Source: Lingula anatina
Taxonomy: Eukaryota; Animalia; Brachiopoda
DNA: 64,000 nucleotides
Reading direction: 5' to 3'
NCBI GenBank assembly: GCA_051362555.1
Contig: CM120640.1
Location: forward strand, 33,809,967 to 33,873,966
Part shown: in pieces, positions 33,901 to 47,700 of the stretch
How positions within the stretch are numbered: the stretch's first letter is position 1
How the letters are laid out: each line of letters starts with the position of its first letter
Translations under genes and position numbers: made by a program
The notes under the pieces: generated by a model
Told to the model about the DNA's origin: nothing
Seen by the model: the letters and a program-made list of their open reading frames with translations, nothing else
The model's database searches: none

Positions 33901-36900
33901 ATTATCTCAAAGTTTTACAAGTAATCTGTAGCCTGTACCTATACATTTTCTGGCCTCTACCTGTTGGTAGAGAGAAGTGTTGGAGCAGACACAGTGGTAT
34001 GTTCCAGGATCATTGACACATATCACATTGTTGGCTGCTGAACACCCATGGGTAGCATTGGAGGCACATTCATTGATATCTGAAAGAATGGTGCAATTTT
34101 CACCTTTAAAAAGTGCTTGAAAATTCAATATAAATATACATTTTGTCTCAATAACATTATATTATGAATAATAATTAGATGAAAATCATAACAAATTCAG
34201 TATTAAACATACACGTGCACACTTTCTGTTGTAATAAAAAAAAGTATAAGATAAAGGCTGCCATAAAGGGTACCTTTATAGCTTGATATCATTGAAAGAT
34301 CAACTAGCTTTACAATTTATGCCTGGTTTGTATGGATCCATCCAATCCAGAAACAATCACCATCCAGCCAGTAGTTCCATCTACAGCATTATTTTATCAT
34401 TTGTTCTAATACAATGTACTCCACATTATCTCACCTGTACAATTCTTGCCAGAGGCGTCCAGTTCGTATCCCTTGGGACACTGGCAGGTGTCATTACCAC
34501 TGAGTCTGGCACAGGTGTGAGAGCAGTTGTAATTTGCTGCACACTGGTTAGCAGCTGGAACAGGGAAATAAAGTAAAACTTTTTTATTTCTTGAATGATT
34601 CTTATAATAGAGAGACTGTTGAAATTCACCTCAGATTTCAATGGTTTTGGATAGGGACTAGTCTTTGTGATAAGATGAAAATTGCTGAAATTTCCAGGAA
34701 TATCAGGGGGGGTTCTGGAGATATTTTCTGACAGTCTTCCAAATGATCTTTGTCGGTCCATCCTTCTTTTTTGGCCTTCTTCAGAAGACCCAGAGGGCGA
34801 CCTCGGTCGGCCCCAGAATATTCATTATTTTATTACAAGAAAGTCAAACAAGGATTGCATGCTTTAAAAACATATCCTCAACTCACCAGTACAAGTCTTT
34901 CCATCAGAGGACAGGATAAAGTCCACTGGACAAGTGCAGGTGTAGCTGCCCACTGTGTTGGTACAATACTGACTGCTGTAACAGCCATTGTCTGCTTCAC
35001 GACTGCATTCGTCATAATCTGAAAAAGTAATAAGAATATGTCTGCCTTTAGATTCCATAATCAGACACTGTTAATTGAGTTCACAATTTCATGTTATATA
35101 GTGCAGAAAGGTCTCTGGAATGATACCAATTTTATGTATGGCAAAGTGATTTATAAAAATCTTATTTGACCTTGAGATATGCTCCTTCAGCATCTCCTTA
35201 CAATACCTTTTTAAAATCTTTATTTAAAGACACATCGGATAAATGTGATGATGATTTATATACAGACTTCAGGTTTCAAAATAGTCAAAATCACTTCTCA
35301 CCATTGCATGTTAATCCATTGGCATCCAGTAAATAGCCATTCCCACAGAAACAGCTGTAGGAACCAATGCTGTTGGAACATCCCTGGGCACAGCCACCAC
35401 GGGTTGCTAGACCACACTCATTTTGATCTGAAGAGAAAGCATGTAGCATTACTTAGAAATATGGAGAAAACAGCAAACTTGATTGTTTTTGTACTGGCTG
35501 TGCTTATAGTAACACCCCATTTCCATAGTTTAGATCGACCTACTTTAGATCGACCTAACTCCCTGGGGGTTCACGCTAAATACCTGTCAGCCTGGCGGAC
35601 ACGAAAGTTAATTACCCCATTACAGGTTGTAGTAGGCGGGACTGACATTTTAGTCGGATTATCTGAAAGTAATCTAGTGAGACTCCCCGCGGAGATAGAT
35701 CAATCTAAAATCTATGGGAATAGAGCCTAAGTTATGCAAAAAAGCTCATTTACCAAATGTGATATTGTAGATATCTTTAATCATCTCTTAACTTTTCTCA
35801 TACATCATCATTCTTTTTTTGTGTGTGTTTAAGTCGCAGGATTGTAATTGTATCAAAACTTCATACAACTTAATTTAAATTTACTTTTTGAAAATTGTAA
35901 TAATGTTATTTTCTCTGCACAAAAAATAAACACTAGGGAAATAATGATTCATAAAATAAGTGTAAAATTTTCAAGAGTTTTTTAAAGGACGAAATGAAAT
36001 AAAATCTTTTCCTACCTGCACAGATGACACCATCCCCAGTAAAACCCATCTTGCAAGTGCAGGTGTAACTACCCAAGGTGTTGGTACAGTTGGCATAGTC
36101 AGCATTACAGTCATTAGTGGTGGGGGAAGCACACTCATTCTTATCTGAAATTAATAAAGACCCCATTTTAGCTATCATATCCAAACAGTACCCTTTACAG
36201 TTGAATCACTTAAATTTACTATCAGCACAATGATATTTATCAAAAGCTGAAGAAGTAAAAGTATCTATGATTATATTCATATGTAAATCTGGCCATTAAT
36301 TAAAGATCAATTTTCTCACCTTCACAACCATTTCCAGTGGCATTGAGATTGTAGCCAGCATTGCAGCCACAGGAGAAACTGCCCACTGAATTACTGCAGT
36401 AGCCACGGGTCAAGTCACAGTTGTGCATGGGGCTACCACTGGACAGCTCAGTACACTCATCAATATCTGAAATGAAATTAATGGGAAATATCATCTATAT
36501 ATACTTGAAATATCAGAGAAAGTCATTCATTTCTCTCCTTTCTGTAATGTACTTTGTCTGTGATAACAGGAGTTGGAGAGAACTTACAGATGCTGGTAAA
36601 TTTCATGATGCACTCAATAAGAATTATTATATATCATAAACAGGTTTGTAGACACCAATTTCAAAGAGATCAAGATCTTATTCTGATTTATTGATTCTAT
36701 TTATTGAGGAAACATCATATTTTGAATCACTTTTGATTCAGAGTAGATATTTTCCAGCACCAAAGGGCAGTTCATGGATACCCCCCTCCCCCTAAGTCTA
36801 CAGGCAGCCTCATAATAGATAGTACATTTATACATACATCTTCATGTGTTACTCACCAACACAAGTCCTCCCATCTACATCCAGTTTGTAGCCAGCCCCA

Positions 36901-39150
36901 CAGCTACAGGTGTAGTCTCCCACAGTGTTCACACAGCTGGACACAGAGGCTGGCCGACACAGGTGGGCACCAGAACACTCATCTATGTCTGGAAAAAAAA
37001 AATAATAATAATAATGTGCTAGGCAGGCACACTCTTCATTATCATAGATAAAAAAGAAAAAATGTGATTGTATTTTTAATCATAATTTTTTCTTTTAATT
37101 ATAACTATTCTTATTATTTTGTTTGCTTGCAGTGGCAACCCTTTTGGGCTAAGTTAATTAAATTCTGACTATAATCAAGAAATTATCAATTCCTTGACTC
37201 ACAACTTACACATAAAAAATCAACCTCAACAATCAGATTTTCATAATCTTACCAACACATTTCTTGTCAGCAGTAGCCGTATATTTGGGTGGACAGTTAC
37301 ATGTCACCTCTCCCTGTATGACAGCACAGAGTGGGGCTGCGTCCCCTGTGTAGTCACAGGTGGCATTCTGGACACTGTTACACTGCTGTTCAGCTGCAAT
37401 AGCAACATAGTATAGATTTCTTGTTTAGGAAAAGACAGTCATTTTTTAGTTTGAGCTGGCGGACTTAAAAAAAAAAGGTTAGAAAGCATTGTCTGTAATG
37501 TATATGTATTTTTATAAAAATGCTTCATTGTTTATTTTAATAATTAAGAATATGATATCATCCTAATAAATCTGAAAAGTTTTGCAGAATGGCAAATGAT
37601 ATAATTATTTATAAAAGGTCACTTACGAATACAAGTGACCTGATCTGTGGTATCAATGACAAATCCAGTGTTGCAGCCACAAGTATACGTAGCCACGCCA
37701 TCAGTACATGTCTGCTGACACGTGTTGTCACGGGTACACTCATCAATCTCTGAAACAGAATGAAAAATATGATTCCAATTGTAATTTGCATCCATTTTAA
37801 AGTACATACTCTTAGCCTAAAATGTGTTTTGACAAGAATAAATTTTCCGTATGATTTTTGGTTTCCCTGTGGTCTCTTTGAAATAGAGTAGGAGAATATT
37901 TCATTTTGCTTTCCATTTCAAAAAACTAATACCATTTTATCTGCTCAATTTGGATTTTTATAATTTGAAACATGGATCCATTATCAGTTTAATTACAATT
38001 CAAGTCATAGCTAACAAAATCTCAACTGTTTCTCTATCACTTTCCCATACATTATGTTACTGACCAGTACACTGTCCAGTAAGAGGGTCCAGCTCATATC
38101 CCAGAGAGCAATCACACCTGTAACTGCCCACCAGGTTGGTACACACAGCATTGGCCTGACAGGGACTGGCACTGCACTCATTTATATCTGCAGAATAACA
38201 AGTTAATATGGCAAAACTTAAGTAACATTCAATTCATTGTATTCATGTCTGCATGACACTGTCTCTGACATTTATTGTACACATTTTTCTTATGAAAGGA
38301 ATCTTTAAACCAATAGTTTCAATTTTTAACTATATGTATTGAACAATAATAAATTACAATAACACTGTCCAGTTGTCCCAAGGCCAGTGTCCACACTAAC
38401 CATCACATTGTCCAGTTGTCCCAAGGCCAGTATAGCCAGTATTACAGGTACAGATATAAAAACCCACTGTGTTGTTACAGGCAGCATTGGAGTCACAGTC
38501 GTGGGTGCCTCGCGAACATTCATCAACATCTGAAAAAAATTTAAAACCAAATATTTGAAGTTTAAGAAAATGAACACTATGTAAACTAACTGCTTATGAA
38601 CCTTCAGATAAAATTTCACCATGCCTTTGGCAGGAACACATTTTATGTTTTAAAACATGTACTACAATATTTTATTTTACCTTTTAAAAAGTTTTTCTAT
38701 CTAACTATCTAACAATATTATTCTGTAGACAAGTGTATCCTATGAATATAAAATTTTAATCACAAGCTAAGAATTTTTTTCTTTTTCTTTCATGAGCTGA
38801 AAAAAAACCCACCATTCATAAAAAAACTGCAATTTCTATTATAATATTTTTCCCACTTTCAAAATACTTTCTCTATTTTCTTACCCAGGCAAGTGGTGAG
38901 ATCAGGCCCCAGGATATATCCAGTTCCACAAGAGCACTGGTAGCTGCCTGGCAGATTACTGCAGGACTGGGCACATGGGGACGGGGTCTTAAGGCACTCA
39001 TCTTCATCTGTGAGTGAATGAGAGAGAGAACAATAGAGAGGAGGGAAGAGAAGACACACTGCTTAAGTTTCAGAAATAAAAAACAGTCTCAAAATATCAA
39101 GTGTTATATGATTAAATTAATTTAGAGTATTTTATACCATTTGATCATCA

Positions 39151-39196
<46 letters not shown>

Positions 39197-41719
39197 GTCT
39201 TTGGCCATACCCTCAACACTTGAATAACAATGACTAAATTCAGTGAAAGTAAAGTCCTCACTAACCTGAGCACACCGAGCCATCTCCCACCAGTCCCAGG
39301 GGACATGGACCACACTGGAACCCAGTGCCTGGTGCAGCCACATCCACACATGCCACACCAGTGAAGCATGGGTTATCAGCACAGCCGTCTATATCCCTCT
39401 CGCAGTAGTTCCCCTCTCTACCAGACGGGCACTCACAGGGCACCTCTGTGAACAAGTCAGTGCTCTCAATGTTGAATTTACATGTGCCTCCATTCTGGAA
39501 TGAAAAAATAAAGGAAAGACTAAGTTATTGTGTTTTGAAGGATGCTGTTAATTACTGAATGTATGAACAATTGTAGCAGGTCACATGAAATGCTACGCGT
39601 CTCCTTGGGCGTGTCTATAAGTATATTGCCAATTCTCAATTTATCTTTGTCACTAGTGAAGAAATCAAAAGTCAATCAAGCCACTTTGGGAAAAGATTAA
39701 ATACAATGACTATGGCATAAATCTTAATTAAAAAACTACTATGAGAGAAAGCACTTTCAGGTTTTATATCAGCATTGAAAAAGGAGCCAAAAGAAATCAA
39801 ACTTACCTGGCACTTGCAGTAGAACAGTTTCGGCAGTAGGGCAGTGTTAGCCTTGCCATCAGAGGCTATGATCTTCAGGGTGGTGTTAGAGGTCAGGGTG
39901 GTGGGTACACTGCTCCAGGCAAGTTCTCCACTACTGCTACTGATCGCTGCTCCTGATGGACATAAAATATTTCATATGAGACAAAAATATTGCTGAGGAC
40001 ATGGATTACAGAACAAAAAATGGACCTAACAGCACCTGTGGCAGAACTTGGTCGTTGAAAGGGATGTTTCTGTCTCACCTTGGTTTTGTGTAAGCAAAAA
40101 GATCAAATGCAAGACTGAGTGTGGTAGTTGTGCTATTGAGTACTTGTGCCAAATGTGTTCTTCATTTCAAATACCAACTGCAGCAACAGCAGAAGAAGAA
40201 GAAGGAAAGATTAGGTCTACCACTAGACAGTGCAGACCTGCTTGGCTATGTCACTAAAAACTATGTAATTCTCTTTTTTTAATATTCAAGATACAACTGA
40301 AACTGACAAAAACGGCAAGTGATGAAAAAGAAAGTGGGCAATGTATCACCTAATCATTTTAATGTCCTCATTCATGTTCAAAACGAGTCATCTTACTCAA
40401 AATGTCTTCAGGCTGTCATGACAACGCTATTACTTAATAAATTATCAACTATACATGCCATGTCTCAGACTCATTTTAAAATCCTGTAAAAGTTTGAAAC
40501 AGTAATGAATACCAGTAACTTACCAGTTGGCACAGGGGATGCCAGGCTAAATGAGACAGTATCAGCAGGATTCTGGTCCTGTGCACTGATGGTGATGTTA
40601 CTGGCCATGTTCTGTCCCGCAACCAGGTACAACACTGTGTTGTTGTTGTTGATGGTGGGCGGGAAGTTATCTGAAAGCAGTGAGATAATATATTAAAAAA
40701 TGATCACTCTTTCGATTAATATGGTGACACAGCATTTAAAATAGCCTAACAAATAGTTTTTCTGTCTTTTGTGTAATGATGGTAAAATGATGTAATGAAG
40801 TTAATATTATGAGTCATAATTTAAAAAAAAACACGTTTTTTCTCTTTTTAAATGATTTAATTTTTTACCAGTTGGAAAATTTTTAATCAGTGACAATTTA
40901 TTTCAAAGATACGGCAATCAAATCAAACTTAAATGTTCCTTTATGAAATTAGTCTTGTGCTGTGGTATATCCCTTTTCTGCCTATTTTTGTTATTAGCCT
41001 TGATGGAGATCTGTGTTCTTGGAGTGCTCTCTAGATTTCAGTCTCTGAAGATGCACACTCACCTACGGCAGCCTTCTCCTCTGCAAACTGTGTCTGCGAG
41101 CTCGCCGTGGCAACACCAGCAGCCTCATTTCCAGTCAGGGCGATGTCGTACACACATTCTCTGTTCAGGTTGGCCATACCACCACATGCATTGATGGCAG
41201 ACCACTTAGTTGCATTGTCTGCAAACATGGTGTCCAAGTTGAAAAACCTGAAATAACACAAATGGGTAATTATCTTTACAATGAAAAGTTTGGTCAATAT
41301 GTCTTATATGTATACATGAGTTAAATGTTAATTTTTATTTAACAAAACAAACACATATAACTGAGAATCAAAATGGTTTCATAGGTAAGATACATTTAAT
41401 AGTTCTAAACTTAAAAGGTTACAGAAAGAGTGAAAAGAAAACTCACAGTGGAGTGAAGCTGTCATTTCCATAAGTCTGCGCTGTCACGCCATTTTCATAA
41501 GTAAACAGGGACTGGGCAGGATCAATTGCCCCTAGAATGAGAAAATTTTTATTATAAATTTTTCTAACGTAAATTACAATTATTTAATTATTATCGAAAT
41601 ATCAGAAATCTTTAATACCTGCAAAATTTGCATATTTTAAAATATAATTCAAAACCCAGTCAATCAAAAATTTTAGAATTTTCATCTCAACCATGATTAA
41701 TGTACTTACACACGCATGG

Positions 41720-41768
<49 letters not shown>

Positions 41769-44700
41769 TTTCTATTACGTACAAGTTTGTCCCCAATAGT
41801 AAAGTTCTTCTTCAGTTGAGTTGGACGGCAGCTGTGTGCCATTGGAAAACTTGATATCATCAGCAGGGTTGTCATTGAAGTTACCAAGTAAACCTACAAT
41901 ACAAAACAAAGATAAAGTTAGGATGTATTGCATTTTAAAACATGCATGGCAGCGTGGTACAATGTATAACTTTTATGAGGCTTGTCTAATATCAAATTTT
42001 GAATTATTAGAATGTGGCATTGTATGTTTTCTCCTATGTATAAAATTGTTGACAAGGTCTCCCTCAATTTAATAAACTGGCTAATTTTCATTTTTTCATT
42101 CTGCAATCAAATTTAGGTGATCAGGACCCGAGAAAGTAAACTTTGCTACATGTATGTGCTTAGCTACTTTAAGAAAGCACAATTATACAGCAAAACCTGT
42201 TACAAAATACTAATTACAAACAGTATAGAAATAAATTCTTCAAAAATATACTACAAAATGTTTCCAGGAAAATAATTTTTTTTTCCATAAATATCTCTAA
42301 AATCACATATTATTTAGTCACCTGAAAGAGTTCCCTTCCAGCTAGCAGGGGCAGCTACAGAGATGGTGGTCATGTTGAAGCTGGCTGAAGTCTTCACCTC
42401 AACCTGAGACGAGAAGACCATGGAGTATTCCGCACCGTTCTTGGTGACACTGACTTTGTTATAGAGCTGAGTGCTGCTGAAGTCTACATTCTGGATAACT
42501 CCATTGACCAAGACATCTGGAATACCAGGAGGAGCAGGTTAATATTATCTTATTCAACATAATACAATCAATAAAATGACCAAAAATTCTTTTTTTTCAA
42601 TCCCATAAATCATACCATGACGTACTAAGTAATTGTGCAACTTTATTATGTACATTATCAGAATCATAAAATATGATTAAATTGCTTAGTGTTCTTATGT
42701 TGTTAATCATACCAGTCAATTTCCAAACTGTAAGAACTTAACTGAACTATTAATACACTGTACACTGTGCACCTTTCTACACATGTACCCACCACTATAA
42801 AAGTCCCCAGCCTCCCCCAACTCCCATATCAATACCCACTTACCAATATCACTCCCAGTGGTAGAATTCAGCCTGAGCTCCACCACATCACTATCAGTGC
42901 CCCCTGGCACCACCTGTTTAGCAGCAAACGAGTTGAACACGGTGGCTCTAGCAGGGGGCGTGTCTGTCACTGCTAGGGCGGTGCGGCCCTGCAGGGTGAA
43001 ATGGTTGCCCGTGACCACGGTGTACTCTCCGTAGCCATTGAATGAGAAGCTGAGACCATCCAGGGTGGTCACGTGGGGGTCCCCTGCAGAGAGAGCTGAA
43101 AACCCATGGGGAGAATGGCAATAAACTGACACAATCAAGACACAATCAAGAATGAGTTACGTGAGGATGAGAATAACAATGAACTGCATGTTTCAAGATT
43201 GTGGAGAATGCAACTGAGAAATATTTAAGAATATATATTGCATGTAGATTTTTGTCTATTAGTAAGAAACTTATTAAAACTGCAGTCAATACCTTTACGG
43301 CACAATGGATCAGATAGGTGCCATTATGGTATGAATAGATACAATTTTTTAGAATTCTGCAAAACAACTGATCGTTCTTATTATAGCACATCAGTCACAT
43401 ACCTTGACCAGGAGGCACAAAACTAGAAGAATCAGACATGGGTCTCTTCAGGAGGAAATCACTGCAATGCACAGTACTGTTAATACAACACTGGGTAAAT
43501 GCCGCTGCCTCGGCCTGACCCTGGGAAGTACTCGGATTAAACCTGCGATAAATATTCCCTCCGTTCATAAATTTCCAATCTGACACCAGCGCCATGGCCA
43601 GAGCACCATTTGCCGAGGTGTTGGTGTAGTAACAGCAATTAGGGGTCTCTGAGACAATGCCCGTGCCTTCGGGGAATGCCAGTTGGTAGCACTGGACCAC
43701 CAGTTGATCTATGACTTGAGTAGGGTTGGCTGACCAGCTCTGAGTGAGTTGGTTAAGGCCTCCTGGGCACCTGCCTGGTTTACCTGTGCACATAAATAGA
43801 ATAAGGGTTATCTAAAACAACATAATTATGGTAATTTTCTTTAAGTTCTTCATTTAGTTCTTCATAAATGGATGTATTATACCAATTTCATTTCCAAAAA
43901 AAGGAAATGTATTTACTTTACATAATACTTGCAGACAACATTTTTAATTTAACATCCTTATTTTGAATGTTCCTGAAAAACTGTGTGCTTTCATATCAGT
44001 TATAACACCCTTAGAAAACAATCACTCAGCGCTGATTTTATTTTATACACATTAAATCACACAAACCACAATCCTTTCAATTTTTTAACCCTACCTGCAG
44101 CAATGGGTGAATTTTGCACATCATACAAATCATCAGCCTTTATCCAATCACTGCACGCCACACCAGGGTTTATAAAACTCCCCTGGTTGTTGCTGCTGAG
44201 GACATAGACAAAGACACCATCTCCAGTCCCCGTGGCATTCTCTGCATCAATCAGTTCCATGCGACTCTGATCACTGATGGTTGCATAGGAGTAGGCATAT
44301 TCTTCCTGTCTCTGTGCATTGCCTCTGACAAGGTAGCCAACCCTGACAGGGTAGTTTGGCTGGAAAAGGGAATATATACCACATCAAATACAAAATGGGG
44401 TGTGTTTAATTAAGATTGTTATACAACCCTGAATTATAATGATGATAATTCCGAGTAGTATTATAAATGGCAATTCACACTTGCTTGACAATTAATACTG
44501 AATTTTACTTGTTTCAATACCTTTAGCAGTCAATCAAAAGTCAAGTTGACAAACAACTAAAGCAGGTTTAGAATATCATTTCATATTTATCAATATAGCC
44601 AGAGGATTTTTCATAGTTAATATGAAAGATGGAACAAATAATACGATTGACTAAAATCAGATTCAATTTATAGGAAAACAATAATTAGGTTATGCCCTTT

Positions 44701-47700
44701 TCCTCTGAAAAGGCTTGCATATGACATTTTTTCTGTTTATTGTCTAACAATACAGTATATATATATTACCAATATGGAATATTAAAACCAACAGAAAAGA
44801 CTACCTTGTTAGCTGGGTCTAGAGTCAGTCTCCAGTTCATGTCCCTGTCAGCATAGGTGTATACCACTGCAGTGTTCACATAGTCAGTCACCAACACTGC
44901 CTGAATAGACACAGTCTGAAACAGATAGAAATAATAAGAAATACATGTCAGTACCAGTGGTGCACTATAACACTACTGCACTTTTTTTTATAAGTGTTGA
45001 AAATGTATAGAAATAGATCTCTGTTGAATAAAACTCTTCCTTTTCCTTACAATTTTTTGTCTACAAGTATGTCTTGACCTGGTCTGGAAGAGAAACTGTC
45101 TTAAAAAGGAAATATTTTAAAAAGGAAATAAATATATCCTTTGTATTGCCATTGAAATTGACACACTAAATGTCACGCCAATGGCCTTTGATATGCTTGT
45201 CAAAATTGGGTATACTACAACTGACATTTATTTCACTCACTACAGTGGCACAAAGACAAGAATGCAGAGGCTGGTGGTGCTCAAAATTCTACCTCCTGGT
45301 ACAGTATGGTACATGTACATTTGTGATGCAGATTACAATTATGACATCTAAAATACTGACTTAATTAAAAGGATTTCAAAATAGACACAGAGAATAATCA
45401 TTTATGAAATCATCAGCCTTCTACCTGTTGTTGGTTGACTTTGTGTTGCATATTGTACCAAGTAATGACCACCATGTACTGGGCCTGGAAAGCATAGCCC
45501 ACCCCCTTCTTGTTGACCAGGTCACTGATCTTCTCCAGGTCTGACTGGTCAGCAGCAGTATCCATGCTGTATTCCTTGTAGTAGACACCTCGTCCAGCCT
45601 ACAATATAGTTTTTATTACTGTAACAGATTTCCTTCAAAAAATCAAGTGCTGCTTCCAATACACTGAGTTTTCTTTTTGCACACAAACATGATTCTGTGC
45701 ATCTTTATGAACTTTGACAATAAAATTATTTGAAGAAGTCAATTGTTTCTATAGAGACCACACATGTTTGCTACCTTACTTGCATTAACGAGCCAGTTGT
45801 GATCAACATCCTCTCAGAACATATAAAACATATCAAGCCTCTTGGGTACAAGACATTTTCCGTCTTTTTTTTATGATAATCACATTTGAGTTGTATAATT
45901 CATACATGTACTTGTACTTCCCACTTACATTCTGGTCAGACATGAAGAGAGTTGTCCAGAATGGGGCCACTGTGGCTCTCTCTTGGAAGTCTGACTGGAA
46001 GGTGAAGTTCATCAGGGGGTCACTGGGGGCCGTTCTGAAGTCTCTCCTCACTGGGTCAGCCAGGGCCTCGTCCCTGGTCACTGAGGATATGGCTATCACT
46101 CCATGCTGGACAAACTGTAATATGAGGGTAGGTACAGTTCAACTAACATTCATGAAATTCTGTGGAACCTTTACCAATTCCCCTAATGTACTACATTTAG
46201 CACTAACTTTACATTGGTGCATATGTTAAATTCATCATGATCATTTTATCAACTTGTTAAAAAAATTCATTCTCTTTGAAAATCTAAATGTTAAAATCAG
46301 GCCTACCCAACTACCAGACTCGGCACCGAATGATCCTGAATTCATCAGTAAATTGGACCACACTACCCGTTTTCAAGGTGTGTATCAGTACGCATTTCAC
46401 AGTATCAGACACAACACCGCTCTTGCCTAGTACGCGATGTGATAGTGACAATTCTTAGCGGGGTTGAAAATCATTGCATCACCACTCAAAATTTGTTCAG
46501 GGTATGATACTGTGTAATGCGTACTCACTCACACCTTGAAAACGGGTAGTGTGGTCTGATCTACCAGTGAATTCAGGATCATTCGGTGCCGAGTCTGGTA
46601 GTTGGGTAGGCCTGAAAATGCTAAACAGAATTTTAAGAGAGTACCAGTACATCTTATTATAGTGAAAACACTTACATAGAGAGATGGAAATATCTGGCCA
46701 TCATACATGGGAATTCCATACTTAGGAAAGATGAATGAAGACTTCATTGTAGTGTTGAAATTAACAAATGGCAGCTGGGTGTGGTTGGCAAAGGGAATGA
46801 ATCTGTCAGCTGTAAAAAAAGAAAATTTCAAATTTTGCATTGTTTTTTTAAAACATTTTATTTACAAAGAGCCAAACATCTTGCATGTATTTCATTATAA
46901 TGTAACCTACATTGTATCTGTAATCAGAAACTTATACTTTACTTCCAATTGCACTATAAATGTAGCAGCGGTTACTTAACACTTACTGATACCAAGTTAC
47001 ATTATCCCAAGCTATGTCACTTATCTGTGAACAAAAGACTTAAATCAATACAGTTATGCTGCTAGTAAGCATCATTTTTCCAGTTCCTTTAAAGTCTATA
47101 ACTACTCACCTTTACAGTTACCAGTGAACCCATCCCCAACATATGGAATAACACACTGACAAGTGTAACTGCCCACTGTGTTAATGCACTGTGCCCTGCC
47201 TGGGTCACAAGTATGCTGACCAAGGAGACACTCATCAACGTCTACACAGAGACGAGTGCCATTCTGCTGGGTGTAGCCAGTGCTGCACTTGCAGTTGTAA
47301 GATCCCTCACTGTTCACGCATGTTCGCACTCCAGTTTTAAACTGGCCACCTGCTTTGCAGTCGCTGACGTTGGCGCTGCATTCATCCATATCTGTCAAAG
47401 TAGACAAAATCAATAATAATTTGACAAACAACATGTTGAATATGTGTTAAATATACATATAACTGAAATCTAATATTGCATAGGATCACTTCACATTGTT
47501 TTTCATTTGATTTTTTTGTTTTTCACTTGATGCCAAATGTATATACATATATTTGCAATCTAATACTGCATATTTAGGATCACTTCACACTGTCTTTATG
47601 CAACTTTTTTTTCCCTGATGCCAAATACACTAGCTATCCTCAGACTGCCTTTTAATGAAAAAGTCTATTTAAATAAGGTGTGGGGCCAGAGACCGCCTTC

